Below are positions 33,391 through 45,713 of a stretch of 64,000 nucleotides of DNA, piece by piece. The notes below the pieces were generated by a model. It was given only the letters and a program-made list of their open reading frames with translations, was not told where the DNA came from and did not search any database. The DNA is taken from contig OZ287082.1 in assembly GCA_965645245.1 (NCBI GenBank), positions 496,001 through 560,000 of the forward strand, given 5' to 3'. The number at the start of each line of letters is the position of its first letter. Within the stretch, counting starts at the first letter, position 1. The stretch is from Massalongia carnosa. Taxonomy: Eukaryota. Position numbers and translations under genes: made by a program.

Positions 33391-36300
33391 TGTTGAAATA
33401 GGTATATGACTATGGCTATATGGCTATGTAATAATAAAGGTATGTATGACCGTGATATTAAGGATGAAGAGTTGCTAGGCAGCAATCTTTTCCTATTACT
33501 GGTCACCCCCTTCTAAGCGAGGTGATCTTATCTTATCATAGGACTAAGCCTAATGCGGCATCTACGGTTTCCGTAGATGATCTGTCCATCTAGGGCAGCC
33601 GTAGGTGCTATGTTCATCGTACTGATAGGTGTTCATTGTGCTGGTAGGAATTGGATATTCAACACCCCCCCTCAAGTCCTACCAGTACTTGTTTCCCTCG
33701 TGGATTCAACCGCGGTTGAACTTCTTTACCTCTCATGTCTGTTTGTCCATGTTGAGCTGTCTGATAAAGGAGAAGAACTTGACGTGCGCGAGGGTTTTTG
33801 TCAGTCCATCTGCAATCATGTCTTCGGTCGGAACATAGGTGAGGTCGATTCTTACTTCTAGCACCTCGTTCCGTATGAAGTAGTGCTGAATGTCGATATG
33901 CTTGGTCCTGGAGTGTAATACGGGGTTATTGGCCAGTGCTATGGCGCATTGATTGTCGCCTTTCAATGCAATTGTGCCTTCTCCTCTTAACACGTTTAAT
34001 GTCGGGGATCCGTCATCAGAAGTCATCAATCCGAGTTCGGTCATCAGTAAACGTAGCCATGTTGCCTCCTTTGCTGCTAGGTGAGTGCCATATACTCTGC
34101 TTCGGTTGATGACAATGTGACGGTTGTTTGTCTTTTGGAACACCAGCTTATTGGTCCATTGTTCAGCATGAACACATAACCCCAGTTGGATTTTTGCTGC
34201 TATTTGTCGAAGGTGATGTCTCTATTCTTGGTACCGCTAAGGTATCTGAGAATGTGTTTGGCCGCTTCCATATGTGTTTTGCCTGGATTCTTTGCATTTC
34301 GACTTATTACGGACGTTGCGAAAGCTATGTCTGGCCTGGTTTCTATCATTGCGAACGTGATGGATCCGACCATGGTTTGATATTGCTTTATGTCCTTGTC
34401 GGAGTCCTGAAATTCATTGATGAAGAGACAGCCTTCTCGCATGGGAGTGCTTTATGGTTTTGTTGACTCGATCTTGTTCGACTTTAAGGCCTAGATAGTA
34501 GCTGATTGGTCCCATGTCTACCATCTTGAAAGCTAGCTTGAGCTGTTTCTTGACTTCGGTGATCATCGGGGAACCCTTTGGGCCTATGATGTTCAAATCG
34601 TCAACGAAAGAGGTAACAATGTGTCCTTTTATCCCTTGAGGTGTTACGAAAATGTTATGATCTGCGTGGAGTTTCTCCAATCCTAATTTGCTCAATAGAA
34701 AAGCTGACAGTCGTTCATACCAGGGACGCGGAGACTGTTCAAACCGTACAGGGCTTTGTTCAACCTACACACCATGCCAGCTGTGTCATATCCTTTCAGC
34801 ATGTGGACATAGATGAGTTGATAATGAGACCGTTCAGAAAAGCTGTCACTATATCCAGTCGCTCGATGTGCAGATAGTGATGAGCAGCTAACGCGAATAG
34901 CAAGCGAAAAGCCATTGTTTGACCATAGATGCAAAGGTTTGATCGAAATCTACTCAGTATTGTTGGAGATATCCTTGACAACCCATCTGGCTTTAAAGTG
35001 AACGATCTTTTCATTTACGTCCCGTTTCAGCTTGAATACTCATTTGCCACTTAAGACTATATGTCCGGGTTCCATGGACTCGGTAGGTAATGTATCCCAG
35101 GTTTTATTCTCCAGCAGACTTTTGATCTCATCCATTACCCAGACTGACTCCATTCGTTTGCGTATTTGGAGTTCATTGCTTGATGATATGTTGAGTCGTA
35201 CGTGGGTAGATCGGTCCCATCTTTGAATGTGGCGTCTTCATGAATCCGTAAGTCCTTGACCCTGATGACCTTGTAGTCTTTTTCCATAAAGACGCGATAG
35301 ATGGTGCTTCTGTCATATCCACACAGGATTCCTTTCTGAGCCCTCGGAGAAAATTTAGCAGCCTTGCTGTTTATTCCTTTTCGCTCTTCTTCGTGAATTA
35401 ATGCATAGACTGTAGATCCGAGAATTGTCAGGTGATCCAGCTTAGGTGACTTCTTCTCGAAGATCTCATACGGGTTTTTACCTGCTAAGGCGTTGGTTGG
35501 TCTGACGTTCTTGGTGTGAACCATGGCTAGAACCACTTCTGCCCACAAGTAGTCTGGAATGTCTCCGGCAATGACACTGCATCTTGTCATGTCCATGATG
35601 GTTCTGCCCATTCGTTCCGCGACTCCGTTTTCATCATGAGAGTATGGAGCAGCTGTTTCAAACGTTATGCCTTGTTCCAAGGACCAAACGTCTGACTTGT
35701 GACTGCGAAGCTCCGTGCCGAAGTCAGTGCGAAAACTGCTTATGAGTTTAGCCTTTCCGGATTTGTTTTGAGCCATGCTGTAGTATGTCAACAAGTGATC
35801 AAACCATTCGCTCTTCTTGTGTCCGGTATAGACATGAGTGTATCTGCTAGCATCACAGGTGAAAGTGAAGAGGTAAAGTTCTTCAAGAAGTCCTGATGGC
35901 TTGATTAGTCCCACTAGGTCAGAGTTTATCTTTTGAAAGAGCTCTGTGGCCTTCTCTTGCCGTGTTCGGTTGTATATCTTTTTGGCTTTTCCCATTTCGC
36001 ATGCATGGCAAAACCAACCGTGGTTGATATCGTCATCGTACGTTATGTCTAGCGTTTTCAGATATTTTCGACACGTTGCTATGTTGAGATGACCAAGCCT
36101 TCCAAGCCATGTAGTGAGTTTTGATTTGACAGATAATGACGTCCAGTCCTTGATAGGTGTCCTCGTCCACTTTGCTCAAATGCATCCTCAAATCTGGAGT
36201 GTCAATGGTCGTTGGAATATTGGTTGATTTATGAGATAAGTCCGCCTTCGTTTCTAACGAGGTAGTCTTTTGTTCCTTTGCTCTTCCGGATTCGAGCGAA

Positions 36301-39237
36301 CTTCTAAGTCTTTTTAACTGTGGAAACTTCTGCAAACAGGTATCTAGCCAATGATGAGTGTTCTTTCTCTTGACACATTAAGAGAAGGTGCAGTTCCCTG
36401 ATGGGGCTCGACCTCTCGAGTCAGGTGTGCTGATATGAAGTGCCTTGGTGATTTTCATGTTGACATAATAAGCAATAATGGTCTTCATTGCTTCCGACAG
36501 GTTTGTGGTTTCGTATGTTCAATCTCGTCGAAGTTGGGCTATCAATGGGGAATAGACGTCTGGTGTTACCCAGCATCATTCATTTAAGCATAAACTCCAC
36601 GGTATGCACATCCACTTTGGCCTTGTCGTCTAGCATTCCTTTAATCTTGTTTAAAGCGCTCTCGTAATATGCACAGTATAGACTGGTCGTCTCGAAGTCG
36701 GTCATCTTCTTGGAACTAACCTTCAGAATGATGTCGCTGATGCTCATTGGTGCTATATCTTGGAATCAATCCTTCAGGATTTTCCACATTTCTGCCACAT
36801 TCTTGTTGTCGATGAGGCTGTAATGGCACTCCGCAACTAATCCGTGAATGATTCCTATAGCCTTGGTCATCTCGGCCTTCTGTCTATTTTTCTAGTCACG
36901 CAGTTCTTTTACCAAGATGCTGACTGAAAGACCTTTGGCGTCGAAGCCTGCTTGTATTAAACCTTCCTTGATGGTTTCAGCGGTGATTTCTGATCGATTC
37001 TCCAGAATGGCTCCTTCGCAGTTGTTCTTGAGCAGAATGCCATTCGTATAGCTTGCCCATGCCGAATATCTTTCGGCTTTCTCCAAAAGATGTGACGTAT
37101 CTATGATAGACATAATGGGAGAATGGGGAGCAATTGAACAAGGCGAGAAACTTAGTAGTGACTGAAAGAATGTGGATCTGTGACCTTTCTTATAGACAAG
37201 GAAAAAACAGTCCCTCCTTAGCCAGTGTCTACTCTGATGTCTCAACAGAGAAACCTGTTTGCTTAACATGCTTGTTTGCCATGATGAGAATTTCAACTTC
37301 GGCTTTTTCAAGGGTCCAATTGACCAATAGCAAATTGAGCGCAGGGTTATTCCAATTTGATTTAACCGGCCTTAGGCCGGTTAAATAATAAGAGGCAACT
37401 GCCGCACAATCTCATCTAGTGCCTTAAGGAGGCATAATTGCCAAAAAGAAAGGTCTTTGTGCCTTCGATCAATGAGTTTACTAAGCTCTTTGATGTCCGA
37501 GGGATTTTGTATTTTTTGCGTGTCCAGAACTCAACTACGGGTGAAACTGACGCTTTGATGATTTTTGAACCAATGGGGCGCTCAGGGCCAGCAATATACT
37601 TTTTTTGCCTTCGACCATCGAGCTTAGCGAGCTCTTTTGGTGTCCGAGGACTTCGGTGCCTTCGACCATCGAGCTTAGCGAGCTCTTTGGTGTCCGAGGA
37701 CTTCGGTGCCTTCGACCATCGAGCTTAGCGGGATCTTTGGTGTCCGAGGACTTTAGCGCCTTCGACCATCGAGCTTAGCAAGCTCTTTGGTGTCCGAGGA
37801 CTTGAGCGCCTTCGACCATCGAGCTTAGCAAGCTCTTTGGTGTCCGAGGACTTGGGTGCCTTCGACCATCGAGCTTAGCAGCTCTTTGGTGTCCGAGGAC
37901 TTGGGTGCCTTCGACCATCGAGCTTAGCAGCTCTTTGGTGTCCGAGGACTTGGGTGCCTTCGACCATCGAGCGTAGCAAGCTCTTCTGGTGTCCGAGGAC
38001 TTGGGTGCCTTCGACCATCGAGCGTAGCAAGCTCTTCTGGTGTCCGAGGACTTGAGTGCCTTCGACCATCGAGCGTAGCAAGCTCTTCTGGTGTCCGAGG
38101 ACTTGAGTGCCTTCGACCATCGAGCGTAGCAAGCTCTTCTGGTGTCCGAGGACTTGAGTGCCTTCGACCATCGAGCGTAGCAAGCTCTTCTGGTGTCCGA
38201 GGACTTGGGTGCCTTCGACCATCGAGCATAGCAAGCTCTTTTGGTGTCCGAGGACTTGAGTGCCTTCGACCATCGAGCATAGCAAGCTCTTCTGGTGTCC
38301 GAGGACTTGGGTGCCTTCGACCATCGAGCATAGCAAGCTCTTTTGGTGTCCGAGGGCTTGAGTGCCTTCGACCATCGGGCTAAGCAAGCTCTTTGGTGTC
38401 CGAAGACTTGAGTGCCTTCGACCATCGAGCTTAGCAAGCTCTTTGGTGTCCGAGGACTTGAGTGCCTTCGACCATCGAGCTTAGCAAGCTCTTTGGTGTC
38501 CGAGGACTTGGGTGCCTTCGACCATCGAGCATTGCAAGCTCTTTTGGTGTCCGAGGACTTGAGTGCCTTCGACCATCGAGCTTAGCAAGCTCTTTGGTGT
38601 CCGAGGGCTTGAGTGCCTTCGACCATCGGGCTTAGCAAGCTCTTTGGTGTCCGAGGCCTTGATTGCCTTCGACCATCGAGCTTAGCAAGCTCTTTGGTGT
38701 CGGAGGGCTTCGGTGTAGTACGATCAATGTGTTCATGCTCTTTCTAACACGCAGTTTTTGTGCTTCTGACAAGAAATCGCTGTGTACAGAAGAGAGAACT
38801 GATTGATGTGATTTAAGGGATCGTTTCTAAAGACACAGAAAGATTTTAGTCATGTGTCTACGATTCATTGAATAGGAACGATGCTTAGCTGATTGCACTG
38901 CGATGCTGCGGATTAAAAGCTTCGATTCGTTTAAATCGATAGCACCCTTCCGGGCTCATAACCTGTTGAAATAGGTATATGACTATGGCTATATGGCTAT
39001 GTAATAATAAAGGTATGTATGACCGTGATGTTAAGGATGAAGAGTTGCTAGGCAGCAATCTTTTCCTATTACTGGTCACCCCCTTCTAAGCGAGGTGATC
39101 TTATCTTATCTTGGGACTAAGCCTAATGCGGCATCTACGGTTTCCGTAGATGATCTGTCCATCTAGGGCAGCCGTAGGTGCTATGTTCATCGTACTGATA
39201 GGTGTTCATTGTGCTGGTAGGAATTGGATATTCAACA
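33391..39237 (-). mobile_element. Ty1/Copia element B1, internally deleted and decayed
   Basis: 274-bp LTRs 33391-33664 and 38964-39237 (3 differences), TATAT TSD, PBS; fragmented gag/pol homologous to B2. Confidence 0.95.
37606..38712 (-). repeat. 49-51-bp tandem array (~22 units) in Copia B1 5' UTR
   Basis: ccttcgaccatcgagcttagcaagctctttggtgtccgaggacttgagtg units. Confidence 0.95.
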
Positions 39238-39242
39238 TATAT

Positions 39243-40030
39243 CGCTGATTCGTCGAATTGATTATTATTCAATAAACTTGGAACTTGTGATTCGTAGATG
39301 ATTGAATTTTCGTCTAGAAACTTCGCGAATTAATTCCAATCTGCTTTATTGCAATTATATTTATTCGATAATTCGGTAGCATGTGACGTCAAATTTTTGA
39401 AAGATGCGATTAGTTCAAATCGGATGACTTCATGATTTGAACCTGTGACTGCGTTTTCATCGATTGACCAATATTTAACTGCATTTTCGATTTTAGAATT
39501 TGCAAATGTTAAATCAATAACAGATGAAGAACTTCCAGAATGCGCATAGTATGTGCATAAATCAGGTGTGTTTATCAAACTACATCTATTTAATTTCAAC
39601 AATATGACTAGATTTTCTGATCTAATTGCTTGTTGGATTTTCGAATTCTACCAGTTATGATATGCATTGAAATCTCCACATATGACGAATTGATCTGTTG
39701 ATGTAGGTTGATATTTGATTAAAAGTCGATCGATCGTGTATGTTTCTCGATTACTTTGACTTTTTTCGTTATAGATATTGAAAATCTGCACTTTTCGAAC
39801 TTCATCAATTGTAATTTCAATAATTTGCATATCGGAATCGTGAATAAGATCCGTTCTAGGCGTGCATTGCAGTTTAGGATTGGATTTTGTGACAAATATA
39901 GCTACTATCGAGCTATAAATAGCTATTTTTGGCATAATACATTTAAATGACGGATGTGATATTGCTTTATGATCTCGGTTCGATGGTTCCTGAAACAAAA
40001 TAATATCAATTTGATTTGATAAAGCATATT
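39243..40030 (-). pseudogene. LINE ORF2 apurinic endonuclease domain
   Basis: IDIILFQEP, IFNIYN, GDFNAYH, VIDLTF, GSNH. Confidence 0.9.
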
Positions 40031-40669
40031 TGTCAAATATATAAGGGTCAAAATGCATAATCAGGAGAATTGGGTAGATGTTGGGTGTATTGTGGAGGAT
40101 GCAGAAAAGTGGGAATCTATCTAAGGGGGGAGGCAACGTGTTGAATATCCAATACCTACCAGCACAATGAACACCTATCAGTACGATGAACATAGCACCT
40201 ACGGCTGCCCTAGATGGACAGATCATCTACGGAAACCGTAGATGCCGCATTAGGCTTAGTCCTATGATAAGATAAGATCACCTCGCTTAGAAGGGGGTGA
40301 CCAGTAATAGGAAAAGATTGCTGCCTAGCAACTCTTCATCCTTAATATCACGGTCATACATACCTTTATTATTACATAGCCATATAGCCATAGTCATATA
40401 CTTATTTCAACAGGTTATGAGCCCGGAAGGGTGCTATCGATTTAAAACGAATCGAAGCTTTTAATCCGCAGCATCGCAGTGCAATTAGCTAAGCATCGTT
40501 CCTATTCAATGAATCGTAGACACATGACTAAAATCTTTCTGTGTCTTTAGAAACGATCCCTCATATCACATCAATCAGTTCTCTCTTCTGTACACAGCGA
40601 TTTCTTGTCAGAAGCACAAAAACTGCGTGTTAGAAAGAGCATGGACACATTGATCGTACTACACCCAAG

Positions 40670-40965
40670 CCCTCGGACACCAAAGAGCTTGCTAAGCTCG
40701 ATGGTCGAAGGCACCCAAGTCCTCGGACACCAAAGAGCTTGCTAAGCTTGATGGTCGAAGGCAATCAAGTCCTCGGACACCAAAGAGCTTGCTAAGCTCG
40801 ATGGTCGAAGGCAATCAAGTCCTCGGACACCAAAGAGCTTGCTAAGCTCGATGGTCGAAGGCAGTCAAGTCCTCGGACACCAAAGAGCTTGCTAAGCTCG
40901 ATGGTCGAAGGCACCCAAGTCCTCGGACACCAAAAGAGCTCGCTAAGCTCGATGGTCGATGGCAA
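40670..40965 (+). repeat. 50-bp tandem array (6 units) in Copia B2 5' UTR
   Basis: cctcggacacc at 40671, 40721, 40771, 40821, 40871, 40921. Confidence 0.95.
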
Positions 40966-41459
40966 AAAAGTATATTGCTGGGCCTGAGCGCCCCATTGGT
41001 TCAAATATCATCAAAGCGTCAGTTTCAACCGCGATTGAATTCTGGACACGCAAAAATACAAAATCCATCGGACATCAAAGAGCTTAGTAAACTCATTGAT
41101 CGAAGGCACAAAGACCTTTCTTTTTGGCAATTATGCCTCATTAAGGCACTAGGTGGGATTGTGCGGCAGTTGCCTCTTATTATTTAATCGGCCCAAGGCC
41201 GGTTAAATCAAATTGGAGGAACCCTGCGCTCAATTTCCTTTTGGTCAATTGGACCCTTGAAAAAGCCTAAGTTGAAATTCTCATCATGGCAAACAAGCAT
41301 GTTAAGCAAACAGGTTTCTCTGTTGAGACATCAGAGTGGACACTGGCTAAGGAGGGACAGTCTTTTCCTTGTCTATAAGAAAGGTTACAGATCCACATTC
41401 TTTCAGTCACTACTTATACAAGTTTCTCGCCTTGTTCAATTGCTCCCCATTCTCCCATT

Positions 41460-42377
41460 ATGTCTATCATAGATACGTCACATCTTTTGGAGGAGGCCGA
41501 AAGATATTCGGCATGGGCAAGCTATACGAAGGGCATTCTGCTCACGAATAACTGCGAAGGAGCCATTCTAGAGAATCAATCAGAAATCACCGCTGAAACC
41601 ATCAAGGAAGGTTTAATACAAGCAGGCTTCGACGCCAAAGGTCTTTCTGTCAGCATCTTGGTAAAAGAGCTGCGTGACGAGAAGAATAGACAGAAGGCCG
41701 AGATGACCAAGGCTATAGGAATCATTCACGGATTAGTTGCGGAGTGCCATTACAGCCTCATCGACAACAAGAATGTGGCAGAAATGTGGAAAATCCTGAA
41801 GGATAGATTCCAAGATATAGCACCAATGAGCATCAGCGACATCATTCTGAAGGTTAGTTCTAAGAAGATGACTGACTTCGAGACCACCAGCCTATACTGT
41901 GCAGAGTACGAGAGCGCTTTAAAAAAAATTAAAGGAATGCTGGACGACAAGGCCAAAGTGGATGTGCATACCGTGGAGTTCATGCTTCAGGGAATGATGC
42001 TTGGTAACACCACAGACGTCTATTCCCCATTGATAGCCCAACTTCGACGAGATTGGACACACGAAACCACAAACCTGTCGGAAGCAATGAAGACCATTGT
42101 TGCTTATTCTGTCAACATGAAAAACACCAAGGCACTTCATATCAGCACACCTGACTCGAGAGGTCGAGCCCCATTTGGGACCTGCACCTTCTCTGAATGT
42201 GTCGAGAGAAAGAACACTCGTCATTGGCCAGATAACTGTTGGCAGAAGTTTCCACAGCTAAAAAGACATAGAAGTTCGCTCGAATCCGGAAGAGCAAAGA
42301 AACAAAAGACTACCTCGTCAGAAACGAAGGCGGACTTACCTCATACATCACCAAACATTCCAACGGTGAGTAGTTGA
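41460..42377 (+). CDS. gag: Copia B2 Gag
   Basis: Homologous to Copia A Gag; TGA in frame with pol. Confidence 0.9.
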   Translation: MSIIDTSHLLEEAERYSAWASYTKGILLTNNCEGAILENQSEITAETIKEGLIQAGFDAKGLSVSILVKELRDEKNRQKAEMTKAIGIIHGLVAECHYSLIDNKNVAEMWKILKDRFQDIAPMSISDIILKVSSKKMTDFETTSLYCAEYESALKKIKGMLDDKAKVDVHTVEFMLQGMMLGNTTDVYSPLIAQLRRDWTHETTNLSEAMKTIVAYSVNMKNTKALHISTPDSRGRAPFGTCTFSECVERKNTRHWPDNCWQKFPQLKRHRSSLESGRAKKQKTTSSETKADLPHTSPNIPTVSS

Positions 42378-45300
42378 CTCACACAGGTCATGGCCACAAG
42401 ACTGCAAAAAGTCATGACCATGACGAATCTGAACAAGAACTCGTGGTTATTGGACAGCGCTGCAGATATGCACGTATGCAACCACAGATACTCGTTCACT
42501 GACTATACGAGCTACTCCACTGATCTAGCAGGGTCAACGTCCACAGGAACGTCGCCAGGAAGAGGAACCATTCATAAGACATTGATCTTGGAGGACGGCT
42601 TACCCACGTCGATACTGATTCTTAACAATGTTCTCTACATTCCTCAATGTCCGGTGAACCTTGTGAGTTTGGGAATGCTGAATCAACACGATATCTTCTA
42701 TGACAATTCAAACTGGAGACTGTTCATGGGATCCACTGCAAAAGTCATAGGGCACGTACCGAGAGTTGACAACAACTTCATGCTACAGACCGTTGACACC
42801 CCAGATATGAGGATGCATTTGAGCAAGGTGGACGAGGACACCTATCAAGGACTGGACGTCACTATCTGTCAAATATCTGTCAAATCAAAACTCACTACAT
42901 GGCATGCAAGGCTTGGTCATCTCAACATTACGACGTGTCGAAAATATTTGAAAACGCTAGACATAACGTACGATGACGATATCAACCACGGTTGGTTTTG
43001 CCATGCATGCGAAATGGGAAAAGCCAAAAAGATATACAACCGAACACAGCAAGAGAGGGCCACAGAGCTATTTCAAAAGATAAACTCTGACCTAGTGGGA
43101 CCAATCAAGCCAGCAGGACTTCTTGAAGAACTTTACTTCTTCACTTTCACCTGTGATGCTAGCAGATACACTCATGTCTATACCGGACACAAGAAGAGTG
43201 AATGGTTTGATCACTTGTTGACGTACTACAGCATGGCCCAAAACAAATCTGGAAAGGCTAAACCCATAAGCAGTTTTCGCACTGACTTCGGTACGGAGCT
43301 TCGCAGTCACAAGTCAGACGTTTGGTTCCTGGAACAAGGCATAACGTTTGAACCAGCTGCTCCATACTCTCATGATGAAAACGGAGTCGCGGAACGAATG
43401 GGCAGAACCATCATGGACATGACAAGATGCAGTGTCATTGCCGGAGACATTCCCGACTACTTGTGGGCAGAAGTTGTTCTAGCCATGGTTCACACCAAGA
43501 ACGTCAGACCAACCAACGCCTTGGCAGGTAAAACCCCGTATGAGATCTTCGAGAAGAAGTCACCTAAGCTGGATCACCTGAGAATTCTCGGATCCACAGT
43601 CTATGCGTTGATTCACGAAGAAGAGCGAAAAGGACTAAACAGCAAGGCTGCTAAATTTTCTCCGAGGGCTCAGAAAGGAATCCTGTGTGGATATGACGGA
43701 AGCACCATCTATCGCGTCTTTATGGAAAAAGACTACAAGGTCATCAGGGTCAAGGACTTACGGATTCATGAAGACGCCACATTCAAAGATGGGACCGATC
43801 TACCCACGTACGATTCCATAATGATTCGAAACGAGAAAGATACCACACTCGAAATCAGTCCCACTCCTTCAAAAGACCAACCAGAGTTGAATTCCAAGAT
43901 AAGTGAAATACCCAAACGTGGACGAGGTAGACCCAGAAAACACGCCCATGTCGCACAAGTGCTGAGTCTCCTGTCAAATGAGGCATTAAGTGAACCAGAA
44001 CACATCCCCACACTGGCAGATAGAGACGAAGAAGACCCACTCATACTTCTGGCCAAAGAACTGGAAATAGAGGGAGCAGCATACCTGAACGACTACGATG
44101 CGTTCATTCAGTCAGACACAGCTGAGCCGCAAACATATCATCAAGCAATGAACTCCAAATACGCAAACGAATGGAGTCTGGCAATGGATGAGGAGATCAA
44201 AAGTCTGCTGGAGAACAACACCTGGGATACATTATCCACCGAGTCCATGGAACCCGGACATATAGTCTTGAGTGGCAAATGGGTATTCAAGCTGAAACGG
44301 GACGTAAATGGAAAGATCGTTCGCTTTAAAGCCAGATGGGTTGTCAAAGGATATCTACAACAATACGGAGTAGATTTCGATCAAACCTTTGCATCTGTGG
44401 TCAAACCAATGGCTTTTCGCTTGCTATTCGCGTTAGCTGCCCATCACGATCTGGACATCGAGCAACTGGATATAGTGACAGCTTTTCTGAACGGTCTCAT
44501 CGATCAACTCATCTATGTCCACATGCCGAAAGGATATGACACAGCTGGCATGGTGTGCAGGCTGAATAAAGCCCTGTACGGTTTGAAACAGTCTCCGCGT
44601 CTCTGGTATGAACGACTATCAGCTTTTCTATTGAGCAAATTAGGACTGGAGAAACTCCACGCAGATCATAGCATCTTCGTCACATCTCAAGGGATAAAAG
44701 GACCCATTGTTACCTCTTTCGTTGACGATTTGAACATCATAGGCCCAAAGGGTTCCCCGATGATCACCGAAGTCAAGAAACAGCTCAAGCTAGCTTTCAA
44801 GATGGTAGACATGGGACCAATCAGCTACTATTTAGGCCTCAAAGTCGAACGAGATCGAGTCAACAAAACCATAAAGCTATCTCAACCAGCCTATATCGAG
44901 AAGGTATTGGAAAGATTCCATATGCAAACCGCAAAGACAACAAACACTCCCATGCGAGAAGGCTGTCTCTTCATCAATGAATCTCAGGCCTCCGACAAGG
45001 ACATAAAGCAATATCAAACCATGGTTGGATCCATCATGTTCGCAATGATAGAAACCAGGCCAGACATAGCTTTCGCAACGTCCGTAGTCAGTCGCCATGC
45101 AAAGAATCCAGGCAAAACACATATGGAAGCGGCCAAACACATTCTCAGATACCTTAGCGGTACCAAGAATAGAGGCATCACCTTCGGTGGGGGAGATTTA
45201 TGTATACAGGGATATTCTGACTCTGACTGGGCCGGAGATAAAGAACAGCGAAAATCCACCTCGGGTTATGTGTTCATGCTGAACAATGGACCAATAAGTT

Positions 45301-45713
45301 GGTGTTCCAAAAGACAAACGACCGTTGCATTGTCATCAACCGAAGCAGAGTATATGGCACTCACCTTAGCAGCAAAGGAGGCTACATGGCTACGTTTACT
45401 GATGACTGAACTCGGATTGATGACTTCTGATGACGGATCCCCGACAATAAACGTGTTAAGAGGGGAAGGCACAATTGCATTGAAAGGCGACAACCAAAGC
45501 GCCATAGCACTGGCCAATAATCCCGTATTACACTCCAGGACCAAGCATATCGACATTCAGCACCACTTCATACGAAACGAGGTGCTAGAAGGAAGAATCG
45601 ACCTCACCTATGTTCCGACCGAAGACATATTTGCAGATGGACTGACAAAACCCCTTACGCACGTCAAGTTCTTCTCCTTTATCAGACAGCTCAACATGGA
45701 CAAACAGATATGA
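42378..45713 (+). CDS. pol: Copia B2 Pol (PR, IN, RT, RH), in frame with gag after a single TGA
   Basis: WLLDSAADMH, WHARLGH, ENGVAER, YGLKQSPR, FVDD, YSDSDWAG; no internal stops. Confidence 0.95.
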   Translation, partial: LTQVMATRLQKVMTMTNLNKNSWLLDSAADMHVCNHRYSFTDYTSYSTDLAGSTSTGTSPGRGTIHKTLILEDGLPTSILILNNVLYIPQCPVNLVSLGMLNQHDIFYDNSNWRLFMGSTAKVIGHVPRVDNNFMLQTVDTPDMRMHLSKVDEDTYQGLDVTICQISVKSKLTTWHARLGHLNITTCRKYLKTLDITYDDDINHGWFCHACEMGKAKKIYNRTQQERATELFQKINSDLVGPIKPAGLLEELYFFTFTCDASRYTHVYTGHKKSEWFDHLLTYYSMAQNKSGKAKPISSFRTDFGTELRSHKSDVWFLEQGITFEPAAPYSHDENGVAERMGRTIMDMTRCSVIAGDIPDYLWAEVVLAMVHTKNVRPTNALAGKTPYEIFEKKSPKLDHLRILGSTVYALIHEEERKGLNSKAAKFSPRAQKGILCGYDGSTIYRVFMEKDYKVIRVKDLRIHEDATFKDGTDLPTYDSIMIRNEKDTTLEISPTPSKDQPELNSKISEIPKRGRGRPRKHAHVAQVLSLLSNEALSEPEHIPTLADRDEEDPLILLAKELEIEGAAYLNDYDAFIQSDTAEPQTYHQAMNSKYANEWSLAMDEEIKSLLENNTWDTLSTESMEPGHIVLSGKWVFKLKRDVNGKIVRFKARWVVKGYLQQYGVDFDQTFASVVKPMAFRLLFALAAHHDLDIEQLDIVTAFLNGLIDQLIYVHMPKGYDTAGMVCRLNKALYGLKQSPRLWYERLSAFLLSKLGLEKLHADHSIFVTSQGIKGPIVTSFVDDLNIIGPKGSPMITEVKKQLKLAFKMVDMGPISYYLGLKVERDRVNKTIKLSQPAYIEKVLERFHMQTAKTTNTPMREGCLFINESQASDKDIKQYQTMVGSIMFAMIETRPDIAFATSVVSRHAKNPGKTHMEAAKHILRYLSGTKNRGITFGGGDLCIQGYSDSDWAGDKEQRKSTSGYVFMLNNGPISWCSKRQTTVALSSTEAEYMALTLAAKEATWLRLLMTELGLMTSDDGSPTINVLRGEGTIALKGDNQSAIALANNPVLHSRTKHIDIQHHFIRNEVLEGRIDLTYVPTEDIFADGLTKPLTHVKFFSFIRQLNMDKQI

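Noticed and set aside
37606..38712. CRISPR-like array or repeat-protein ORFs (37775-38437 etc.)
   Set aside because: Head-to-tail units with no unique spacers, no cas genes, eukaryotic LTR context; ORFs in three frames arise from stop-free repeat units
39648..40226. 192-aa ORF as a single gene
   Set aside because: Chimeric reading across Copia LTR, solo LTR and LINE endonuclease
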